12,826 nt of DNA. Origin: a bacterium (lineage in GTDB: Bacteria > Acidobacteriota > Thermoanaerobaculia > Thermoanaerobaculales > Sulfomarinibacteraceae). The notes under the pieces are model-generated. The model had not been told where the DNA came from and did no database searches. It saw only the letters and a program-made list of their open reading frames with translations. The position numbers and the translations under genes were made by a program. The stretch covers positions 1 to 12,826 of the forward strand of contig JAAESQ010000238.1 in the NCBI GenBank assembly GCA_024229275.1, written 5' to 3'. Shown here piece after piece: positions 7,533 through 12,826 of the stretch. The first letter of the stretch is position 1. Each line of letters opens with the position of its first letter.

Positions 7533-8657
7533 TCAGTCAATCTCCTCGGTGATAGCGGCGGGCTTTGCGTCTGGATTCTCGGCTTCGCTCCTCTGCTCCT
7601 CGATAATGCGGTCAAAAGCTGTGAGGCCACCCATCGCACCAAGGCCCATGGTTTCTACCGCAGTTGAAGGAACGATAATCATCGAGCCCTTTTGCTTGAG
7701 ACCCTCGAAAACCATGTTCATCGCTCGGAGATGCAGCGCTGCTTGGTTGTGTTTGTAGTGCTCGGAGGCCTCGGCAAACTTCGCGGCGATCTCGGTTTCG
7801 GCGGTCGACAGAATGATGCGCGCCTGGCGCTCGCGCTCGGCCTGCGCCTGGCGACTCATGGCATCCTCGAGAGCCTCGGGAATGATGATGTCGCGGATCT
7901 CGACCGACGAGACCGTGATGCCCCAGGCGCTGGTCTTGGCATCCAAGACCTCCTGGATCTCACGACCGAGGCGATCTCGATGGGACAACATGTCGCCCAG
8001 TTCATGCTTACCGATGGCGTCCCGGAGACCGGTTTGCGCCGATAGCGTCACCGCTTCGAGGAAATTCTCGACCTCGAGCACTGCTTTCTCAGCATCCCAA
8101 ACCATCCAGAACGCGATGGCGTCTACGCTGACCGGTACCGTGTCGCGGGTGAGAGTGGTCTCGGCTTTAAAGTCGGTGACTCGGATGCGCTGATCGACGT
8201 AGTTGGAGACCTTGTCGATGATCGGAATGATGGTGAACACACCAGTTCCCCGCAGGCCGCGGAATCGTCCGAAGCGCAGGATCACCGCCTTCTCCCATTG
8301 ATATGCGACTTGGATACATGGGGCAACGAGACCGGCGAGCACCATGGCGGTGACAAGGGCGTCGCTTTGTGGACGAAGGATTAGGTACACACCTAGCGCC
8401 GACAGTGTGGTCAACAGAAGAGCGGTCTCCCAGATCTGAGTCAGCCGCAGTGCCACTCCGAGAATGAGGGCTGTGACGATCATGCAGATGACGACCTTGA
8501 GCTCGAACGGGTAGATCATAAGGTGGACGATAAGACCTCCTATGGAGATCATCAGGAGTACCATCATATTGAGTGGCGCAAAACGATAGTCGGCTGAGAA
8601 ACTGGTCGAAAACTTCTCGAGCGACCCGAGACTGTGTTGGTCCTTCATGTGTGCCAT
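7533..8657 (-). CDS. SPFH/band-7 domain protein (stomatin/prohibitin-like) with an extended ~110-aa four-TM N-terminal region
   Basis: ATG 8657 with AAGGAAG RBS 6 nt upstream, 15 nt after the GntR stop (coupled). Four hydrophobic helices (NMMVLLMISIGGLIVHLMIY; VVICMIVTALILGVALRL; TALLLTTLSALGVYLIL; ALVTAMVLAGLVAPCIQVAY) precede a canonical SPFH core (YQWEKAVILRFGRF...VDAIAFWMVWDAEKAV...) and a long coiled-coil/A-E-rich C-terminal region (EALEDAMSRQAQAERERQARI...). Confidence 0.85.
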   Translation of the reverse strand: MAHMKDQHSLGSLEKFSTSFSADYRFAPLNMMVLLMISIGGLIVHLMIYPFELKVVICMIVTALILGVALRLTQIWETALLLTTLSALGVYLILRPQSDALVTAMVLAGLVAPCIQVAYQWEKAVILRFGRFRGLRGTGVFTIIPIIDKVSNYVDQRIRVTDFKAETTLTRDTVPVSVDAIAFWMVWDAEKAVLEVENFLEAVTLSAQTGLRDAIGKHELGDMLSHRDRLGREIQEVLDAKTSAWGITVSSVEIRDIIIPEALEDAMSRQAQAERERQARIILSTAETEIAAKFAEASEHYKHNQAALHLRAMNMVFEGLKQKGSMIIVPSTAVETMGLGAMGGLTAFDRIIEEQRSEAENPDAKPAAITEEID

Positions 8658-8672
8658 CGTTTACTTCCTTTC

Positions 8673-9050
8673 TCAGCGACTCTTGCGTTGCTGAAGGTTG
8701 TCGAGAATGTCATCCAAGGTGAAACCGTGCGACGACGCTCTGGAAAGGAACTCTTGGCAGATCTGATCCAGAATTCGGCGACGCTCCATGTCGTCCTGCT
8801 CCACTTCGACTTGGCCGACGTATGTTCCTGAACCCATTTGCGTTTCCACCAGTCCAGTGAGCTCAAGCTCGGTGTAGGCTCGACTCACCGTGTTTGGATT
8901 AATCTTCAAATCGACTGCCAACTGACGTACTGTCGGAAGACGATCTCCTGGACCTAGCTCTCCCGTGGCAATCGAACTCTTCACCCGATCAATGATCTGA
9001 CGATAGAAAGGAACTCCACTCTTCAGGTCGAGTTGGACTTCGATGGTCAA
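8673..9050 (-). CDS. GntR-family transcriptional regulator, YtrA-like subfamily (short C-terminal domain)
   Basis: 125 aa; N-terminal winged HTH with the GntR signature (YRQIIDRVKSSIATGELGPGDRLPTVRQLAVDLKINPNTVSRAYTELELTGLVETQMGSGTYV) and only ~50 aa of C-terminal helices, as in YtrA-type regulators. TTG start at 9050 with GGAGG 5 nt upstream. Confidence 0.85.
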   Translation of the reverse strand: MTIEVQLDLKSGVPFYRQIIDRVKSSIATGELGPGDRLPTVRQLAVDLKINPNTVSRAYTELELTGLVETQMGSGTYVGQVEVEQDDMERRRILDQICQEFLSRASSHGFTLDDILDNLQQRKSR

Positions 9051-9073
9051 TCGATCCTCCCTTCTGACAAATG

Positions 9074-9115
9074 CACTAATGGACTAGTACATTAGTGTCA
9101 TGGTGTATTAATACA
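9074..9115. promoter_or_regulatory. Two palindromic operator candidates for the GntR regulator: TGTATTAATACA (9104-9115, overlaps -10) and CACTAATGgACTAGTaCATTAGTG (9074-9097, around +4..+27)
   Basis: Perfect 12-bp palindrome and near-perfect 24-bp palindrome (2 central mismatches) seen directly. Both fit the general GntR-family operator shape (GT-Nx-AC with AT-rich centre), and their position over the -10/TSS predicts autorepression. Confidence 0.5.
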
Positions 9116-9136
9116 TTCTAAAATCCTAGGTGTCAA
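9108..9136 (-). promoter_or_regulatory. Sigma70-type promoter of the GntR operon: TTGACA (-35, 9136..9131) - 17 nt - TATTAA (-10, 9113..9108)
   Basis: Read directly on the minus strand: ccccTTGACAcctaggattttagaatgTATTAAtac. Consensus -35, optimal 17-nt spacer, a TG immediately 5' of the -10, and ~55 nt upstream of the TTG start. Confidence 0.55.
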
Positions 9137-9396
9137 GGGGATTGGGACAGAAGATGTGAAGATCCTGTGAATTGAAGGGTATCTTGCCCTTTACTGGAGG
9201 TGGTCTCGGTCGTGAGGAAGATCTGTCTTCAGAGACAGAGACTGTGACCGTGTCGGTGCCGGTGACATCGGGTGCCTCGTGAGCCCAGCCCTATCGGGTG
9301 GTGCCCACATCCACTCGCCGCGCACAGCCCCGGTCGCTGGCGCGGCCGATGTCCCGGTCCTGGCTACGGTCTCTGCCTTCTGCCTCCGCCCTAACG

Positions 9397-9424
9397 AAAA
9401 AACCCGCCGGCTCCCACCGGCGGG
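9397..9424 (-). terminator. Rho-independent terminator downstream of the MscS-family gene (CCCGCCGG-TGGGAG-CCGGCGGG + TTTTTT on the minus strand)
   Basis: 8-bp perfect GC stem, 6-nt loop, followed by six U on the minus strand, 36 nt after the stop at 9460. Also insulates the downstream GntR promoter. Confidence 0.75.
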
Positions 9425-9459
9425 TTCGGTTCAATTCTGATTTCTCGCGAATGCTCAGC

Positions 9460-10527
9460 CTATGCAGCTCCCTGCTCGACCGTCGCAAGAATCGTCTGAG
9501 TGGGAAAGGCGAAGTCCAGGCCTTCTGCAGTGAAGTCTTTGAGAATGCGAAGATTAATATCGGTTTGGGTCTCTAGAATATCGTTGCCTGGCAAAATGTA
9601 GTAGATGAAGATGATGTTCATTGCGAAGTCGCCAAAGGCGTTGAAGGCAGTGACGACCTTCTCGTTCAACGCTTCATGCTCGGTGGCGATTGTGCGCAGT
9701 AAATCGATCCCCTTCTGCATTCCCTCGGGGCTGGTGTCATATGTCAGACCGAGGTTGGTGACGACCTTGCGCGATGGCTCGAGAGTAATGTTCTCGACTG
9801 GCGACTCGGCAAACGTCGAGTTTGGAATTGTAACCATCGTTCCGGCAAGCGTTTGCAGTCTTGTGCTTCGGATCCCGATCTCCTTCACAGAGCCGTCGAA
9901 GCCAGCAATCTTGATGCGGTCGTTCAGGGTGAACGGGCGATCGGTGAAAATGGTGAAACCGCCGAAGATATTTGACACGGTGTCCTTGGCCGCCATGGCC
10001 AGAGCCAGACCACCGATACCGAGGCCGGCTAGGACCGCGCCAACATCGTAGCCGGCGTTGTTGAGGGCAACGATAACACCCAGCGCCCAGACCACCATTT
10101 TCGTGCCCTTGCGTAGGATGGGCAGAAGCTGGTCATCAAGGTCACTTTCGGTCTTCTCGGCAAGCGGTGCTAGGTATTGCTTGAACAGTGAATCGAAGAG
10201 GCGGGCGATGAGCCATGCCACAGAGAGTACGATCAGTACCTGTGTAACGTTTCCTATAAATGTGTCGACCGCATCGGGAAGGACAAGTCGTTTGAGACCG
10301 TACCAAACACCTGCAACCGTCACCACCACAACGATGGGTTCTTCGATCATGTCCAGAATGATGTCGTCGAACTTGGTTTCGGTCTTTGCAGTAAGTCGCC
10401 GAAAAACCGTGCCGAAGACCCAATAGAGAATCTTGCCTACAATGATCGCACCTAGCGCAATGAGGAGCGCCAGGCCCCAATTGGCCACCGTGTTCCCGTA
10501 ATAGGTTTGCCCCAAGAATTCTTGCAT
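9460..10527 (-). CDS. Mechanosensitive ion channel family protein (MscS-like small-conductance channel)
   Basis: 355 aa; three N-terminal TMs, pore-lining helix GLGIGGLALAMAAKDTVSNIFGG, then the MscS beta-domain (FTDRPFTLNDRIKIAGFDGSVKEIGIRSTRLQTLAGTMVTIPNSTF). ATG 10527 preceded by AGGAGGAAGG RBS. Confidence 0.9.
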   Translation of the reverse strand: MQEFLGQTYYGNTVANWGLALLIALGAIIVGKILYWVFGTVFRRLTAKTETKFDDIILDMIEEPIVVVVTVAGVWYGLKRLVLPDAVDTFIGNVTQVLIVLSVAWLIARLFDSLFKQYLAPLAEKTESDLDDQLLPILRKGTKMVVWALGVIVALNNAGYDVGAVLAGLGIGGLALAMAAKDTVSNIFGGFTIFTDRPFTLNDRIKIAGFDGSVKEIGIRSTRLQTLAGTMVTIPNSTFAESPVENITLEPSRKVVTNLGLTYDTSPEGMQKGIDLLRTIATEHEALNEKVVTAFNAFGDFAMNIIFIYYILPGNDILETQTDINLRILKDFTAEGLDFAFPTQTILATVEQGAA

Positions 10528-10599
10528 GACTACCTTCCTCCTGGTCCTTTAGTTGTTCTCCAGAGTCTTAAGCGAGGTTTCGTTGATCACAATGCGATC

Positions 10600-10927
10600 C
10601 GTTTGTGTAGATTTCGCATATCGTATCTCACGATAATCCACATAACCTTTCGCTGCTCACCGAAGATTCCTGAGAACCCTGCGATTCAGATTCGATTACC
10701 ATGGCTGAGGGCTCTTGCACCGAAGGAATTGCTTTGCTCCACTATGTACTCGACATCAATTCGACCGAACTTACGGAGCAACTTCGCGTAGAACAGGGCG
10801 TGTTTGTTATCGCTGAGGACTGTTTTGGGACGGACCGACACATCCGCATCGGGATCGGTGCGGAGAATGACTATCTCAGAAGAAGGCCTCAAGTGTGTCA
10901 GCGAGGGACTTGCAGAAATCCGGAAAT
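10600..10927 (+). pseudogene. Probable remnant of the C-terminus of a class-I/II (HisC/AspC-like) PLP-dependent aminotransferase gene, broken by frameshifts
   Basis: Three frames together give ...IRLPWLRALAPKELL / GIALLHYVLDINSTELTEQLRVEQGVFVIAEDCFGTDRHIRIGIGAENDYL / EEGLKCVSEGLAEIRK*. This matches the characteristic aminotransferase tail (NF-L-V-R..., AxELxxxLLExGVxVRD, xFGxxxxIRISIGTxEEN, xxLxEALxxI) but needs two frame changes and has no N-terminal 250+ aa. The region is AT-richer than flanking genes. Boundaries are approximate. Confidence 0.35.
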
Positions 10928-11082
10928 AGGTTGAGTCCGATGGAGCATTGCTCTGTGACAGAAATCAAATTCGTATCGCGGGAGTGATCACCGGAAGGCA
11001 TCATGAGGAGTACTTCTTTACGATACAATGTCTCATTCTAGGAGCTGTTGAAGGGGAGTTGTCCCCAGCGTGCGGAGGTTGA

Positions 11083-11946
11083 ATGCACATTCGTTCAATC
11101 GGTGGACTTTTGGTCGCTTTAGCAATAACCACAATGGGCTGCTCTGCCATCGTGTCATCGACTACCGGCCGTCTTGCCGACAATCTGACTGGCGCAATAC
11201 TGAATCAGAATGATCCCGAAACCGTTCGGCAAGGCGCTCCCGCCTACCTGCTCTTAATCGACGGACTCATCGCTGACGACCCTCAGAACGCAAGTCTACT
11301 CCTTGCGGGTGCCTCCCTATACTCGAGCTACGCTAGTGTGTTTGTCGAAGACCCGGATCGTTCCGGCCGCTTATCACAGAAGGCTCGTGACTATGGCTGG
11401 GCCGGTCTGTGCGAGACCAACAGTGCCACCTGTGATTCGTGGACTCAACCCTACGAAGAGTTTGAAGGGGTCATCAACTCTCTCCAACTTGACGACGTCG
11501 GGGCGCTGTTCACGGCCGGGGCAGCATGGGGAACCTGGATACAGGCAAATAAGGACGACTGGACCGCGGTGGCCGATAAGGCACGAGTAGATGCCATGAT
11601 GCAGAGAGTGGTGCTGCTCGACGAGTCATATCAGTCGGGATCGGCGCATCTCTATTTGGGAACACTGTCGACTCTGCTGCCAGCTAGCCTGGGCGGTAAG
11701 CCCGAACAAGGTAGGGAGCATTTCGAACGAGCGGTTGAACTCTCCCAAGGGCACAACCTTATGGCACAGGTGTTGCTTGCTCGTGAGTATGCTCGTTTGG
11801 TCTTTGATCGTGAGTTCCACGACCGGCTCTGCCGAGAGGTTCTCGAAGCAGATCCGGTTTCACCCGGGCTCACTCTGTCCAACGTTATTGCGCAAGCCGA
11901 GGCGGCCCGCCTATTGGACGACTCGGAAGGATACTTCGGAGAGTGA
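11083..11946 (+). CDS. TRAP transporter TatT component family protein (TPR-like, T-component of TPAT systems), secreted/lipoprotein-like
   Basis: ATG 11083 with GGAGG RBS 4 nt upstream; signal peptide MHIRSIGGLLVALAITTMGCSA with Cys after the h-region. Body shows the helical TatT pattern (ETVRQGAPAYLLLIDGLIADDPQNASLLLAGASLYSSYA ... GSAHLYLGTLSTLLPASLGGKPEQGREHFERAVELS). Immediately followed by a DctP-type SBP gene, as in described TatT-TatP pairs. Confidence 0.75.
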   Translation: MHIRSIGGLLVALAITTMGCSAIVSSTTGRLADNLTGAILNQNDPETVRQGAPAYLLLIDGLIADDPQNASLLLAGASLYSSYASVFVEDPDRSGRLSQKARDYGWAGLCETNSATCDSWTQPYEEFEGVINSLQLDDVGALFTAGAAWGTWIQANKDDWTAVADKARVDAMMQRVVLLDESYQSGSAHLYLGTLSTLLPASLGGKPEQGREHFERAVELSQGHNLMAQVLLAREYARLVFDREFHDRLCREVLEADPVSPGLTLSNVIAQAEAARLLDDSEGYFGE

Positions 11947-11947
11947 T

Positions 11948-12826
11948 ATGCAGAAATATCGTTTGATCACCATCGCCCTGCTGCTCGTCACGCTGGCCGG
12001 CCCACTTCACGCCGTTCAGCTCAAGATTGCCACCGTGGCTCCGGATGGCTCGACCTGGATGAAGGAAGCGAAGAAGGCTGCCTCGGAGATCTCCGAACGA
12101 ACCAACGGTCGCGTGAGCTTCCGTTTTTACCCCGGCGGGACCATGGGTAACGCCGCAATGGTACTGCGTAAGATGCGAGTCGGCCAGCTCCATGGGGGCG
12201 TGTTCACCGCCGGCAACTTCGCCGACATCTCTCCCGATGTCCAGGTCTATAGCCTGCCGCTACTATTCCGTTCGCACGCCGAAGTCGATCACGTTCGGAG
12301 CCAAATCGACAGGGATCTACTCGGCAAGTTGGAGGCGAAGGGATACATTGCGTTCGGACTCATCGAGGGTGGATTCGCTCGTATTATGACCACTCGCCCA
12401 GCGACCTCCTTTGCTGATCTGAAAGGCATGAAGGCGTGGTTCCCGGAAGGAGACGAGGTAGGTAAGGTGCTTGTTTTCGAAGCTGGGCTCTCCCCTGTCC
12501 CCCTTCCTCTCCCTGATGTCCTCACAGGGCTACAGACTGGACTGATTGAAGCTGCGACAGGTCCTCCAATTGCGGCAATCGCTCTGCAGTGGTTCACCAA
12601 GGCGCGCTATCTCATCGACCTTCCGATCATCTACACCACTGGATTCTTAGCAATGAGCGACAAAGCGTTCAAACGCATTTCAGCAGAGGACCAAGAGATT
12701 GTTCGTGCGTCCTTTGAGAGGATGAGCGTAACCCTCAATTCTGCCACTCGCAAGGACAACCAAGGAGCATTTGAGGCGTTGAAGAATCAAGGAGTTGCGT
12801 TCACGGTGCCGGACGAGAAGTTCGTA
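11948..12826 (+). CDS. TRAP transporter substrate-binding protein (DctP/TatP family), 3' end beyond window
   Basis: ATG 11948, one nt after the TatT TGA, with GGAGAG RBS. Signal peptide MQKYRLITIALLLVTLAGPLHA, then the DctP-family N-terminus LKIATVAPDGSTWMKEAKKAASEISERTNGRVSFRFYPGGTMG. Frame stays open to the last base of the window (293 codons). Confidence 0.85.
   Translation, partial: MQKYRLITIALLLVTLAGPLHAVQLKIATVAPDGSTWMKEAKKAASEISERTNGRVSFRFYPGGTMGNAAMVLRKMRVGQLHGGVFTAGNFADISPDVQVYSLPLLFRSHAEVDHVRSQIDRDLLGKLEAKGYIAFGLIEGGFARIMTTRPATSFADLKGMKAWFPEGDEVGKVLVFEAGLSPVPLPLPDVLTGLQTGLIEAATGPPIAAIALQWFTKARYLIDLPIIYTTGFLAMSDKAFKRISAEDQEIVRASFERMSVTLNSATRKDNQGAFEALKNQGVAFTVPDEKFV

Noticed and set aside
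6188-7642. Long 484-aa version of the adaptor starting at 7642
   Set aside because: The N-terminal 72 residues are Arg/Pro-rich with no RBS. ATG 7426 has AAGGAG 7 nt upstream and gives a normal cytoplasmic tail + TM anchor.
10507-10934. ORFs 10507..10791(+), 10686..10892(-), 10701..10934(+) as independent small genes
   Set aside because: No RBS, mutually overlapping. The plus-strand pieces are better explained together as frameshifted fragments of an aminotransferase remnant. The minus-strand ORF is its antisense.
1-12826. tRNA, rRNA, CRISPR arrays, IS/transposase, integrase or phage genes
   Set aside because: No cloverleaf-like tRNA candidates, no rRNA-like conserved stretches, no regularly spaced direct repeats, and no ORF with transposase/integrase/phage-like motifs were seen on either strand.

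Overview
GC-rich bacterial chromosomal window. The tripartite adaptor-plus-ABC architectures suggest a diderm organism, but that is an inference. Almost all of the window is membrane transport, organised on the minus strand. (i) The left edge holds the end of a HlyD-adaptor + ABC-2-type ATPase exporter operon (permeases presumably beyond the window). A divergent intergenic region separates it from a small plus-strand pair: a 130-aa hypothetical protein and a PlsC-like lysophospholipid acyltransferase. (ii) The centrepiece is a six-gene minus-strand locus: a YtrA-like GntR regulator with a textbook sigma70 promoter overlapped by two palindromic operator candidates, a translationally coupled SPFH/band-7 (stomatin-like) protein with an unusual four-TM N-terminus, a MacA-like periplasmic adaptor, a stand-alone MacB/LolD-type ATPase, and two paralogous MacB/FtsX-type permeases (LolC/LolE-like heterodimer arrangement). 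Next come an MscS-family mechanosensitive channel gene with a clean intrinsic terminator, an AT-richer spacer that appears to carry a frameshifted C-terminal remnant of a class-I/II aminotransferase gene, and a plus-strand TatT (TPR-like) + DctP/TatP TRAP substrate-binding-protein pair running off the right edge. No tRNA, rRNA, CRISPR or obvious mobile element was seen. The most interesting candidate 'system' is the GntR-SPFH-MacA-ATPase-permease-permease locus. All its components belong to known families; any novelty lies in the combination and in the SPFH protein's architecture, which needs database work to confirm. Many long ORFs in the six-frame track are antisense artefacts typical of high-GC DNA.
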